DNA of 64,000 nt from Candidatus Babeliales bacterium. GTDB taxonomy: Bacteria > Babelota > Babeliae > Babelales > JANWKD01. The stretch spans positions 224,001 to 288,000 of the forward strand of contig CAVXJH010000003.1 in assembly GCA_963762115.1 (NCBI GenBank). The letters run 5' to 3'. Shown one piece after another: positions 1 through 9,815 of this stretch (its first letter is position 1; the number at the start of each line of letters is the position of its first letter). Position numbers and translations under genes: made by a program. The notes beneath the pieces were generated by a model that worked only from the letters and a program-made list of their open reading frames with translations, made no database searches and was not told where the DNA came from.

Positions 1-151
1 GTAGATAGATTCATTTTTTTGTACTTTTATAAAAAACAAATATTTTTCCTCTATAATAACATTTTTTTTATAATTTTCATTGCTTTACGTGTTAAAATAA
101 ATACAGTAAAATTTCCTTACATTTTTAAACATATATTCTTAAGGGTTTTTC

Positions 152-469
152 ATGAATATTTTGCATACATTGTTTTTTGTATCTTTGACATACTGTTCAT
201 CGTATGCGATGCAACATGATGGTATTTTATCAAAAGGAATATTAGAAGGTCCTGTTGGTGTCATTGAGACGTATGGCAGAACAACCAATGCCATTAGAAT
301 GTGGGTTAGTTGTCATACTCAAGCAAAAAATCTTTATTTTTCAGGATATATTTATGATATTTTTCAGAGTGACATGAGTGTTACCTTATACAATACGAAA
401 GAAACAAAAGCATTGTGGGATGCATTAAAGAGTGAGTATAAAAAATTAGACGATGAATTAAAAAATTGA
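152..469 (+). CDS. Small secreted protein, tandem family member 1
   Basis: Signal peptide ending SYA-MQ; C-terminal TKALWDALKSEY motif shared with the next two ORFs. Confidence 0.75.
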   Translation: MNILHTLFFVSLTYCSSYAMQHDGILSKGILEGPVGVIETYGRTTNAIRMWVSCHTQAKNLYFSGYIYDIFQSDMSVTLYNTKETKALWDALKSEYKKLDDELKN

Positions 470-483
470 GTAAAGGAGTAAGT

Positions 484-804
484 ATGAAAATTTTATTGGT
501 AATTTTTTCTGTTTCTTTGTTTTGTGCTAAAACAGTGGCAATGCATAGTAATGATTGCGGTACGTTAAAAAAAGAACTACATAAAGGTGTTGAAGCTTAT
601 ATTAGAACAACTGATTTAGGAAAGAGAATATATGTTCAGCGCCAAGAAAAAGATGGCATAGAATGTTTTGCGGGGTATGAGGGAGATATTTTTGGTAGGG
701 TTCCGATGACTAAATTACCTAATGATACATCAACGGCAAAATTATGGTATGAATTGCATAATGATTTTCAAGAACTAAATAAAATAAATGATATAAAGGA
801 GTAA
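484..804 (+). CDS. Small secreted protein, tandem family member 2
   Basis: AAGGAG RBS then ATG at 484 (MKILLV...VA-MH); YVQR and TAKLWYEL motifs shared with neighbour. Confidence 0.75.
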   Translation: MKILLVIFSVSLFCAKTVAMHSNDCGTLKKELHKGVEAYIRTTDLGKRIYVQRQEKDGIECFAGYEGDIFGRVPMTKLPNDTSTAKLWYELHNDFQELNKINDIKE

Positions 805-806
805 GT

Positions 807-1178
807 ATGAAATTTTTGAATGCAATGTTCGCTATTTGTTTATTTAGCGGTGTTGCCCAGGGTATGCAAGATGGTGGGAAAATAGAAAAAAGAGAGCCCG
901 ATTTTGGGAGTGGGCCTGTAGTTGCTTATGTTCAAAAATCTGAGACGGCCATGCTTTATGTTCAAAGGCGAGTTGAAAATGATGGTCAAGAATATTTTTT
1001 AGGACATATAAGTGCTTTACCGCTCTATTTGGGTGGTACAACTGAACTTGATAATGGCGAATTTACTAAGAAGTTGTGGTTTGGTTTAAATTATGAATAT
1101 GCTAAAAGTAATCAAAAATCGAAATCACCTAAAGATATTATTGGTCATTTTGAACAATTAATAATAAAAAATAAATAA
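807..1178 (+). CDS. Small secreted protein, tandem family member 3
   Basis: Same aaaggagtaagtATGAAA start context as member 2; AQG-MQ; YVQR, TKKLWFGL. Confidence 0.75.
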   Translation: MKFLNAMFAICLFSGVAQGMQDGGKIEKREPDFGSGPVVAYVQKSETAMLYVQRRVENDGQEYFLGHISALPLYLGGTTELDNGEFTKKLWFGLNYEYAKSNQKSKSPKDIIGHFEQLIIKNK

Positions 1179-1183
1179 TTAAT

Positions 1184-1210
1184 AGAGGGAAGCTAAAAAC
1201 TTCCCTCTTG
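1184..1210 (+). terminator. Hairpin/terminator after the tandem genes
   Basis: agagggaag...cttccctct 9-bp inverted repeat; weak U tail. Confidence 0.55.
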
Positions 1211-1315
1211 TGCTTCTTGAAATTCTATTTGAATAAAAGCTTGTAAAATTAAAAATATATGTTAAGATATGAGTAATGATTATCTTATTTTTATATTTTT
1301 AACAGAGGTATTATC

Positions 1316-1459
1316 ATGTCAGTCGATATGAGTGCTTATTCGTTTTTTCCCGTTTTTTCAGAAGTAATATTCTGCCCACATTCTTTTTATAATCATTTTT
1401 CTCTCATTATTACCATTTCTATTATTATTACCTCAATTATTCTGCCTCTAGCGCAGTAA
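1316..1459 (+). CDS. Ile-rich leader peptide (47 aa), putative attenuator of peptidase-ileS
   Basis: RBS AGAGGT; MSVDMSAYSFFPVFSEVIFCPHSFYNHFSLIITISIIITSIILPLAQ*; 8 ATT codons in 12; upstream TTGTAA and extended -10 TGtTAAGAT. Confidence 0.75.
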   Translation: MSVDMSAYSFFPVFSEVIFCPHSFYNHFSLIITISIIITSIILPLAQ

Positions 1460-1596
1460 GAGGATCTTTTTCACCCCTATTTTTTTGTTATGTAGGTACT
1501 TTTTTTAGGTACAGTTTTTATGAGTTTTATAGTTTGATCTAGCATTGTTTTTTATTACTTTTGCTTTATTAACTATTATTTTTAAGGAATTTTAAT

Positions 1597-2514
1597 ATGT
1601 TGAAACATATATTTTTACTTTTTATGTTGTTTGGCAGTTTGTTTTGTGCTTTTTTTGGGTATGGTATGGATCAACAAACTAAACAAGAAATTGAACAAAC
1701 AAATGCGAGATATCTTGCTTGTGTTGGGACAGAAGATGTTCCGCAAAAAATACAGGATCGTACCGATGCACTTTGTATAACTTTTCAAAAAAAGGGTTTA
1801 TTGAATAAAGATACTAAGGTGCTTGTTAAATATTTAAGTAATACTATGGTAGATTATTTACGCAAGTCGGGGACTATCACTTGGAACAATCGTCTTAATA
1901 ATGGTCAAGATTTAATGCATATATCTTGTGAACATGATGAATTAACAGATGAAGAGATTGATTCGGCTTTTGGTCATGAACTTGCGCATATTGTCTTGGA
2001 TCAGAATAAACATTTAAATCCTCATTATTATATGAAAAATCTTCATTTATTTTTATTGGCTTATTCTTCAGCGTGGCCAGTTACATCGTTGTGTACGATA
2101 ATGGCATTAACGAAATTGGGAAGAAAAAAACTTCCTATTTCTTCATTTAAACAAATAAAATATGAAATTGGTGGTACTGCTTTGGCAATTGTTGGGGCGC
2201 ATGAAGCTACCACATATTTATTTAGTCAGGTAAAAGAACATCATGATCGTCCTGTGCATAGTGCATCTCGTATGACCTATCGTTTTTTGCATACATTTCA
2301 AGAAGTAGAATGTGATGTTATTGCTGCATTAAGTATACCAAACGGTGGTCGGGCTGGTAAATCATTGTATGAAAAATTCTTACAGCATTGTGGCGATCAA
2401 GATGGCGCTCTCCATAATTATCCGTGGCTCTCAACACGTGTTTGGTATCATGATAAAATTGAGCAAATGCAAAATTTGTTTACAACAAAGAAAGAAGGAC
2501 CAACGCTTAAATAA
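1597..2514 (+). CDS. Secreted/membrane M48-like zinc metallopeptidase
   Basis: Signal peptide; HELAH zinc motif; downstream QEVECD (ExEAD-like) and YP..STR motifs. Confidence 0.65.
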   Translation: MLKHIFLLFMLFGSLFCAFFGYGMDQQTKQEIEQTNARYLACVGTEDVPQKIQDRTDALCITFQKKGLLNKDTKVLVKYLSNTMVDYLRKSGTITWNNRLNNGQDLMHISCEHDELTDEEIDSAFGHELAHIVLDQNKHLNPHYYMKNLHLFLLAYSSAWPVTSLCTIMALTKLGRKKLPISSFKQIKYEIGGTALAIVGAHEATTYLFSQVKEHHDRPVHSASRMTYRFLHTFQEVECDVIAALSIPNGGRAGKSLYEKFLQHCGDQDGALHNYPWLSTRVWYHDKIEQMQNLFTTKKEGPTLK

Positions 2515-2586
2515 TTCAGACAAGAGGCTTTATTTTTGCTAGAATTTTTTAATATAAAGAAATTAAAATATGAAAGAATATAAACC

Positions 2587-5526
2587 ATGACTCAAGAAAA
2601 AAATACAACACATGAAGTAAGTGCGGGAAGTTTTAAAGATACATTAAATTTACCGCATACAGATTTTCCTATTCGTCCAAATTTGAAAGTTGAAGATAAG
2701 GAAATGATTGAACGGTGGGAACGTGAAAATCTTTTTTTTAAATCATTCATGCATAATGAAGGTGAAAAAAAATATATTTTGCACGATGGTCCACCGTATG
2801 CAAATGGCTTTATTCATCTTGGTACAGCCTACAATAAAATTTTAAAAGATATTATTGGAAAATCACATCGTATGACTGGTTTGCATGTTCCCATAACGCC
2901 TGGATGGGATTGTCATGGATTGCCTATTGAAAAGAAAGTTACCACAGAGTTTCCTGATTTAAAAGCTGAAGATCTTAAAAAAGAATGTCGTGCCTATGCT
3001 GCTAAATGGGTTGAAGAACAGAAGACTCAGTTTAAAGGTCTCGGGGTACTTATGGATTGGGAGCATCCTTATTTAACAATGAATTTTGGCTATGAAGCTT
3101 CAATTGTGCGTGCTTTTGGTAAACTTGTTGAAAAAAATTATATAGAAAAGAAGAAAAAAACAGTTGCGTGGTGTTTTCATGATCAAACCGTGTTAGCAGC
3201 GGCCGAAATTGAATATAAAGAGCGTAAAGATCCTTCAATTTATGTTTCATTTAAACTTTCTGAACAAGCAATAGAAAAAATTGTCCCTTCGCTCAAAAAT
3301 GAATCAGTGAGTGTTTTGGTCTGGACAACAACGCCATGGACGTTGCCATTAAATCGTGCGGTGTTGCTTAAACCTGATACTGATTATCAAATTTTACGGG
3401 TGAATGAACACTATTATAGTGTTGCCGCTGCATTAGCAGATAAGGTATGTGCTTTATTACATGTTACAAAAAATGTTGTGGCAACGGTGAAATCTGAAGT
3501 ATTGGCTGATTACACCGTGCATCATCCTTTTATTGATGATTTAGAAGTGCCACTTTTACTTGATCATTCTGTTTCAACTGATGATGGAACTGCCGCGGTG
3601 CATTGTGCGCCAGGATGTGGTCCGATCGATTATGAAGTTGCTTTAAAAAATAATCTTGAAATATTTTCACCTATTAGTGCTGATGGCAAATATGTTATTG
3701 GTATTGAACCAGCAGAATTAATTGGCATGTCGATCACTGATGGGCAAATATGGGTACTCAAAAAGTTAACGGAAAAAAATGCCTTAGTATATAAAACATC
3801 AATTCGTCATTCATATCCTCATTGTTGGCGCTGTAGCGAGGGGCTTATTTTCCGAGCAACAAATCAATGGTTTTGTAGTTTAGAGCATGATAATTTAAAG
3901 CAACGAGCTTTAGAGGCAATTGAAGAAATAACTTTTATGCCGGCAAAATCAATTAATTATTTAAAAGCAACAGTAAGCGGACGTTTGGAATGGTGCCTAT
4001 CACGCCAACGAGTGTGGGGTGTGCCCATTCCTGCATTGCTGTGTACCAATTGTGATTATGTACACACGAATGTCGATTTAATTAATGCTGTTGCTGATGG
4101 CGTTGAACAACATGGTGTTGAATATTGGGATACCGTTTCATTGCATGAGCTTGGTCATAATATAGATCAATGTCCGCAATGTTCATCAACGAAATTAGTT
4201 AAAGAAAAAGATATTTTAGATGTTTGGTTTGATTCTGGCGTGAGTCACTATGCCGTGTTGGAACAAAATCCACATTTGGCATTTCCTGCTGATATATATT
4301 CAGAAGGCGTTGATCAACATAGAGGGTGGTTCCAAAGTTCTTTGCTGACAAGTATGGTTTTAGAAAAAACAGCTTGTACAAAATCTTTTTTGACTCACGG
4401 TTTTATTGTTGATGAGCGCGGTCAAAAAATGTCAAAATCACTTGGTAATGTTGTTTCTCCTGAAGAAGTCATTACAGCATTAGGAGTTGATGGTTTGCGC
4501 TTATGGGCATCAAGCATTGATTATGGCGGTGATATTGTTGTTTCAAAGGTGGTGTTACAAAATGTTGCGCAAGTGTATAGAAAAATTCGTAATACCTGCC
4601 GATTTTTACTTTCTAATTTGTATGATTTTGAGTATGAAAAAGATGCATTGCCTTTGCATGACTTTGCCGTGTTGGAACAGTTTGCTTTTGAAGAATTATT
4701 TGAATTAAATAGTGCCGTTTTGCAAAAATATGCAGCGTATGATTTTACCGCAGTGTTTCATATGCTTAATGATTATTGTTCAGTTGCTTTAAGTTCACGT
4801 TATCTTGATATTATCAAAGACCGGTTATACACCGAAAAAGCAAATGGCAACGAGCGGCGTGGTGCGCAAACAATGTGTTGGTTGATTTTGGATACCTTAA
4901 CGAAATTGATGGCACCAGTTTTATCATTAACGGCGGAACAAGTTTCAGATTTTTATCAAAAAGATAAAAAACATTCAATTCATTTACAAAATTTTAATAT
5001 ATTAGAATCAATATGGGCTTTAGTTGCACAACAAAAAAATCTTGTGCGATGGGCGCCAGTTCCTTTACATCACCAAGCAGCATTAGAAAAAATTACACAA
5101 CAAGGACAAGATTTTGCCGTTGTAGCAAAACGCAAAAAACAAGAGGTATTATTATTGTCATTGCGTTCAGCGTTATTAAAAGCTATTGAAGGGCAACGGG
5201 AAAAAGGGCTGATTAAGCATTCTTTGGAAGCGCAACTTTTGGTATATTTTGATTTGACTGATGATCAAAAAGAACTTTTGGCTGATTTTGTGCAATTGTT
5301 AAAAGAAAAAAATCAATCATTAGAAGCTTTCTTAAAAGAATTTCTTATTGTTTCACAGGTTACCATACAAAAGTCGGCAGACAGTTTATCGGTGACAGAA
5401 TTACCAGGATTATCTGCACGTGTTGAACAAGCACAAGGTGTAAAATGTCCTCGCTGTTGGAACTGGGATATCACTGATCATAAAGATGGTTTGTGTCATC
5501 GTTGTCAACGGGTATTAGGTAATTAG
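2587..5526 (+). CDS. ileS: Isoleucine--tRNA ligase (type 1)
   Basis: DGPPYANG, HLGT (HIGH), GWDCHGLP, WTTTPWT, KMSKS, C-terminal CPRC..CHRC zinc finger. Confidence 0.98.
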   Translation: MTQEKNTTHEVSAGSFKDTLNLPHTDFPIRPNLKVEDKEMIERWERENLFFKSFMHNEGEKKYILHDGPPYANGFIHLGTAYNKILKDIIGKSHRMTGLHVPITPGWDCHGLPIEKKVTTEFPDLKAEDLKKECRAYAAKWVEEQKTQFKGLGVLMDWEHPYLTMNFGYEASIVRAFGKLVEKNYIEKKKKTVAWCFHDQTVLAAAEIEYKERKDPSIYVSFKLSEQAIEKIVPSLKNESVSVLVWTTTPWTLPLNRAVLLKPDTDYQILRVNEHYYSVAAALADKVCALLHVTKNVVATVKSEVLADYTVHHPFIDDLEVPLLLDHSVSTDDGTAAVHCAPGCGPIDYEVALKNNLEIFSPISADGKYVIGIEPAELIGMSITDGQIWVLKKLTEKNALVYKTSIRHSYPHCWRCSEGLIFRATNQWFCSLEHDNLKQRALEAIEEITFMPAKSINYLKATVSGRLEWCLSRQRVWGVPIPALLCTNCDYVHTNVDLINAVADGVEQHGVEYWDTVSLHELGHNIDQCPQCSSTKLVKEKDILDVWFDSGVSHYAVLEQNPHLAFPADIYSEGVDQHRGWFQSSLLTSMVLEKTACTKSFLTHGFIVDERGQKMSKSLGNVVSPEEVITALGVDGLRLWASSIDYGGDIVVSKVVLQNVAQVYRKIRNTCRFLLSNLYDFEYEKDALPLHDFAVLEQFAFEELFELNSAVLQKYAAYDFTAVFHMLNDYCSVALSSRYLDIIKDRLYTEKANGNERRGAQTMCWLILDTLTKLMAPVLSLTAEQVSDFYQKDKKHSIHLQNFNILESIWALVAQQKNLVRWAPVPLHHQAALEKITQQGQDFAVVAKRKKQEVLLLSLRSALLKAIEGQREKGLIKHSLEAQLLVYFDLTDDQKELLADFVQLLKEKNQSLEAFLKEFLIVSQVTIQKSADSLSVTELPGLSARVEQAQGVKCPRCWNWDITDHKDGLCHRCQRVLGN

Positions 5527-5571
5527 TTAACATTATTCTTTTTTATAGCGCTCATAGATTTAAAAGCAGTA

Positions 5572-5919
5572 TCATTTGATAACCAAATGATACTGCTTTT
5601 TTTTGATTATTTCATATAAATAAGCATTTTTTAAGTCTAACCAACATTTTTTTGTCTCTTCTGAATCAGTAAGAATAATTGGTCGTGAAAAGTTATGATT
5701 GCGTGCCAAAACACCTGAATAATTGACTTCTTTAGTTTTGTTATTTGTTGTTTGTTTGATTTCGATAAGATGGAATTCATATGATTTAGAAAAAGAAATT
5801 TCTTTATGCAATCTTGTTGTGCGTTCGTATTTTTTTATAGCAGGTGTCTTTTCCATGCCAGAGAGAGTAAAGGCAACAGTGCTGATTACGAGCATTAGAA
5901 TAGAGTGCAATAATTTCAT
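5572..5919 (-). CDS. Small secreted protein, probably related to the 152-1178 family
   Basis: RBS AGGAG before ATG at 5919; LSG-ME; YSG...ETKKCWLDLKNAY resembles the family C-terminus. Confidence 0.65.
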   Translation of the reverse strand: MKLLHSILMLVISTVAFTLSGMEKTPAIKKYERTTRLHKEISFSKSYEFHLIEIKQTTNNKTKEVNYSGVLARNHNFSRPIILTDSEETKKCWLDLKNAYLYEIIKKKQYHLVIK

Positions 5920-5998
5920 AAGAACTCCTAAGGTGCGTTTTTTATTATATTTTGTGATTATCCTAATGCAAACAAAGATAAAAAACAATATATGCAGA

Positions 5999-6238
5999 TT
6001 AAGTATTAATTATAGGGAGATTTGCGTTATCATTAACTAACTTGGCTCTTTTTGCTTCATTTTCAAGGTATAATAGCATGCACATATGATGCGTTTTGAA
6101 TTTGGCAGTATTAGATTTGAGAGGTCTGGGACTTAAAAAAATCGGTTTTTTATTATTCGTAGGATTTTTTCTCACCATACAAAATAAAGCAGCGTTATTA
6201 CCTATAAGTATACATACAAAATATATTCTTAATTTCAT
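5999..6238 (-). CDS. Small hypothetical protein with signal-like N-terminus
   Basis: Strong RBS AAGGAGG; hydrophobic N-terminus ending LFC-MV. Confidence 0.5.
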   Translation of the reverse strand: MKLRIYFVCILIGNNAALFCMVRKNPTNNKKPIFLSPRPLKSNTAKFKTHHMCMLLYLENEAKRAKLVNDNANLPIINT

Positions 6239-6295
6239 AGAAATCCTCCTTTTAATAGTTATTTTATAGATACTACTAAAAGGAGGATTAATTTT

Positions 6296-8335
6296 TTAAG
6301 ATTTTTTCTTTTTTTCTTCGTCTATTTGATCTTTTGCTTCTTCGTAAGCATTTTTTAATAGTTGTAAGTAATTTTTGCGACGCGGTTCTTTTACGGTTTT
6401 AGTTTTTCCAGGTGTTGTAGGATCTGGAACCTCAACATCAATTTCTTCTTTAGGATTTAATTGACTTAATTTTTGTGCTTCAACATCAGTTGCATCGTCA
6501 ACATTAAGGACAGTGCCAACAGGGACTGCTCCGGTTAAAACAAAAACTTTTGCACGGTCAACAGGAAGTGGTGTTGCTTCCAATTTTGGCTGTAAGAGTA
6601 ATTTTTCATCAAACTTTAATAATGGTTCAATGAGTTGATATGGTGTTGATTGGCCAGGTTTTTTTTGTTTTTGTTTTTCAAAATTTTCAAATTCTTGTCC
6701 GACAACTTTTTTATAGGTAGCCAAATTTGCTTTATCATCTTTAAACTCTTTGATCCCATCTTTTATTTTTCGTGGAATTGGTAACAATATGGCACTTAAT
6801 TCATTAATAAAATTCTTGAGCTCAGCAATTTTTTTTAATGCGTCTTCATCATAAGGTTTAGGCATAGGTGTTGTTATAAGTTCTTTGAACTTCCAACCTA
6901 ACAAATCTTTTTTGTCTTCTATCTTTTTACTAAATTCTTTTATTCTATCTTTTATAATGGCGACTTGTGCATTTACTTTTGATGGTAGTTTTTCTGCACC
7001 ACCCTTGCCTTTTTCAGCCGCATTTTCAGCTTCTTCTTTCTTTTTCTTCTTCTTTTTCTTCCCGCCATCTTTTTTGACACCACCAGCTTTTCCTGCACCT
7101 TTTTCACCGCCACCGCGTGCTTTTATGCCAGCTGAGGGAGGAGGGGTTAATGATTCTCCGCCAAAACTTGGTCCGCCAAAATAATCACCGCCTGGCACGC
7201 TTGGCTCATATGTTGAGTAGGAAGGTTGTGGGGGAGGCATGGAAAATACCATGCGTCCTGGCGCGGCACGTTTTCTTAGCGCGTCTTCTTGTAGTTTGCG
7301 TGCATCGGCTTCCACTTTTTCACGTTCTTGTTGCACCTTAAGTGCTTCAGGTTCATGTTTCTTGAATAATTTTTTTATTTCTTCAAGGATCAATTGTTTA
7401 TCTGTTGCTTCAGTAAGTGCTGCTAGAATTTGATCAAAAATATAGTTTGATTCTTCTTGATTTCGTAATTCAGTGTATGCCTCATTGATAGCAGCAAATT
7501 TAGTGTTGACTTCAGCTAATGCTTTATCTATTTCTGTTTTTTCTTTTCCTTGGCGAATAAGGCGAACCTCAAGTGTTTGTGGGTTTGTTGCAGCAATTTT
7601 TTGTTGATACGCTTGTACAATATCGTCCTGTGTTGCTGTGCGAGGGAGATCTAAAATTTCATACAAGTTTTTTCCCTCTAAGCTGAATTCCGCAATATTC
7701 AATTGTGGCTCTAGCTCAGCTAAATGAGTGTGTAATTGTTTTAAATTAGCCAAAAGTGGTTCAAATTCTTTTTCTGCAAGGTATTTGGTTAGTTTTTCAT
7801 TGGTTAAAAGATTTAAATAATAAATGAGATCATCAAGCCTATATTTAAAAGGAATAAGTTGATTTGCATACTCTTTATCATGAGCAGCTTTTTGGCGAAT
7901 ATCACCAATTAACCGAATAAGATTTTTTAACATTTCAATGGTGTTAACATCAGCAATAGGTGTAGATTTTTTCTCCGGTTCAAGAGGTTTTCCTGGTTGA
8001 GGCGGCGTTGGCTTTATAGGCTTTTCCAATTCTTTAAGTTCTTCTGTTTGCATATCAAGATAATCAAAAGGATCCATGCCAAGTTCTTCTGCTTCTTTAA
8101 TAATTCCTTCTCCGAGGGCGGTTAAAAAGTCGATTTGTTCTTCATCTAAACTATCAATTAATTCGGTGATCATTTTCATGTCTTCGTCACTCATATTGAA
8201 ATCTGGCATTGCGGGTTTTTGAGCTGCGTTATTAGCAGCATTTGGTCTTGGTGCCGGAGCCATTGCAGAATATAAGAACATGTCATTTGAAAAGGCGATT
8301 GTACAAAGAAAAAAAATGATTGATTTGGTTTTCAT
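6296..8335 (-). CDS. Secreted protein with degenerate J (DnaJ-like) domain and Pro/Gly/Lys low-complexity segment
   Basis: NLYEILDLPRTATQDDIVQAY...KFAAINEAYTEL J-domain pattern, with HPD replaced by NPQ. Confidence 0.65.
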   Translation of the reverse strand: MKTKSIIFFLCTIAFSNDMFLYSAMAPAPRPNAANNAAQKPAMPDFNMSDEDMKMITELIDSLDEEQIDFLTALGEGIIKEAEELGMDPFDYLDMQTEELKELEKPIKPTPPQPGKPLEPEKKSTPIADVNTIEMLKNLIRLIGDIRQKAAHDKEYANQLIPFKYRLDDLIYYLNLLTNEKLTKYLAEKEFEPLLANLKQLHTHLAELEPQLNIAEFSLEGKNLYEILDLPRTATQDDIVQAYQQKIAATNPQTLEVRLIRQGKEKTEIDKALAEVNTKFAAINEAYTELRNQEESNYIFDQILAALTEATDKQLILEEIKKLFKKHEPEALKVQQEREKVEADARKLQEDALRKRAAPGRMVFSMPPPQPSYSTYEPSVPGGDYFGGPSFGGESLTPPPSAGIKARGGGEKGAGKAGGVKKDGGKKKKKKKKEEAENAAEKGKGGAEKLPSKVNAQVAIIKDRIKEFSKKIEDKKDLLGWKFKELITTPMPKPYDEDALKKIAELKNFINELSAILLPIPRKIKDGIKEFKDDKANLATYKKVVGQEFENFEKQKQKKPGQSTPYQLIEPLLKFDEKLLLQPKLEATPLPVDRAKVFVLTGAVPVGTVLNVDDATDVEAQKLSQLNPKEEIDVEVPDPTTPGKTKTVKEPRRKNYLQLLKNAYEEAKDQIDEEKKKKS

Positions 8336-8404
8336 AAAAATCTCATACTTGTTGTATGGGTTAAAACAATACGTAATTCTAGTTCAGTTTTTGATTTTAG
8401 TGAT

Positions 8405-8806
8405 ATGGTTATGCAAAGTCAATCAAAGAAGCTTCAAGCGCAGAGTGGATTTTTGCTCATAGAGTTGTTGATAGTATTATTATTGCTTGCCGTATTTACG
8501 TATATTATTGCGTATTATCAGAGTATGAGTATTCAGACAGGCTATGAAGCAATACAGCGTTGGAAAGCGGTGAATGTAGCAAGTTCATTTTTGGCTAAAG
8601 CAACTGTTGATCAAGCTTTACTCCAAAAAAAAACGTATGAAGAAGATGGGTATGTGGTAACGTGGGAAAAGGTGCCAATGAAAATTTCCTTGCCGTCTTG
8701 CTTTACTACTTTTAAAAAAAATTCCTATCTTAATGTTACGGTAACATGGAGTGGGTATTATAATAAACAGTATTCATATCAATGCATTGGTGGAGTTAGT
8801 TCGTGA
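8405..8806 (+). CDS. Prepilin/pseudopilin-like protein
   Basis: Class III signal GFLLIELLIVL. Confidence 0.8.
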   Translation: MVMQSQSKKLQAQSGFLLIELLIVLLLLAVFTYIIAYYQSMSIQTGYEAIQRWKAVNVASSFLAKATVDQALLQKKTYEEDGYVVTWEKVPMKISLPSCFTTFKKNSYLNVTVTWSGYYNKQYSYQCIGGVSS

Positions 8807-9333
8807 ATACTCATAAGTCAGGATTTTTGATTATGGAATTTCTTGTGTATTTTTTTTTGTTTTCTTGCCTTTCATATGGAATAATGCATTTTATTGTTAC
8901 TTCTTCATTGCATTTGAGAGAAGAAAGTCGGCGACTCGTTGCTATGACAGAATTATTGACGGCATTAGATTATCTAGGCCATGCACTCCAAGCGGCACCT
9001 TCAAATATGAAATTGTGGAAAAAAAAAGAAAGCAATCTTCTCATTTGGCATGATAATGATCAAAATTGCGATGTTGGCATTTGCCAGATAAAAAATAAGA
9101 TTTGGCGTATTAGCGGCACGTATTCACTTTTCAAACAAGCATGGAGTAGCAAGAAAAAAAGCTTGCTTGCAAAAAATATTAAAGAACTTTCTTTTGTTTT
9201 TAATGAAGCAACTATTCATGCTATGCCGCACATTTGCTCTATCACGTGTTCATTGACAAGTGAATCAGATTCAATTGCTTTATCCAATTCAGTTAAGAAA
9301 ACAATGTTGTTAGAAAATAGGGCTCTATCGTGA
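8803..9333 (+). CDS. Prepilin/pseudopilin-like protein
   Basis: KSGFLIMEFLVYF class III signal; coupled to the previous gene. Confidence 0.75.
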   Translation: MNTHKSGFLIMEFLVYFFLFSCLSYGIMHFIVTSSLHLREESRRLVAMTELLTALDYLGHALQAAPSNMKLWKKKESNLLIWHDNDQNCDVGICQIKNKIWRISGTYSLFKQAWSSKKKSLLAKNIKELSFVFNEATIHAMPHICSITCSLTSESDSIALSNSVKKTMLLENRALS

Positions 9334-9815
9334 AATCATCGTCTCAAGGATCAGCCCTGTTAACAATATTTCTTATTTTAAGTTCATTAACGTTGTTGTG
9401 TTGTGTAGTATGGCGAACGGCAACATTAACATTTGATGTTGCAATAACAAAACAGGAATTTGAAGCATATTATCAAAAAACAGCGGCATTTCTTAAGCAT
9501 GGTTCAGAGCTTTGTAAAAATAATTTTAAATCAGTACAAACCTATTTAAAAAAACATCGAGATTTAGTCTTGGCATTACCGGCATCAGGAAATTCTGATC
9601 GTGAAAAAAAGCAACAATGCATAGTAAAGATACAGAGTATTAATGAAGATACTCTTGCTCTTATGGCAAAATTGCAAGAAGATGGACGGCAGCTCTATGT
9701 TCTTTCTTGCATAGTTGCTCATACTAAAATTTCGAATGCAGATGCGCATGATGCATCAACAGATTATTTTGCGGTGGCTTCATGGAAAAAAAATGGCTGT
9801 ATACACAATGGTTGA
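9330..9815 (+). CDS. PilX/GspK-like minor pilin
   Basis: QGSALLTIFL N-terminus lacking E5; third gene of the pilin cluster. Confidence 0.6.
   Translation: MKSSSQGSALLTIFLILSSLTLLCCVVWRTATLTFDVAITKQEFEAYYQKTAAFLKHGSELCKNNFKSVQTYLKKHRDLVLALPASGNSDREKKQQCIVKIQSINEDTLALMAKLQEDGRQLYVLSCIVAHTKISNADAHDASTDYFAVASWKKNGCIHNG

Noticed and set aside
1460..2586. T-box riboswitch before ileS (also checked before proS)
   Set aside because: No T-box consensus (GGTGG.ACCGCG) or GC-rich stem I; the gap before ileS is only 72 nt.
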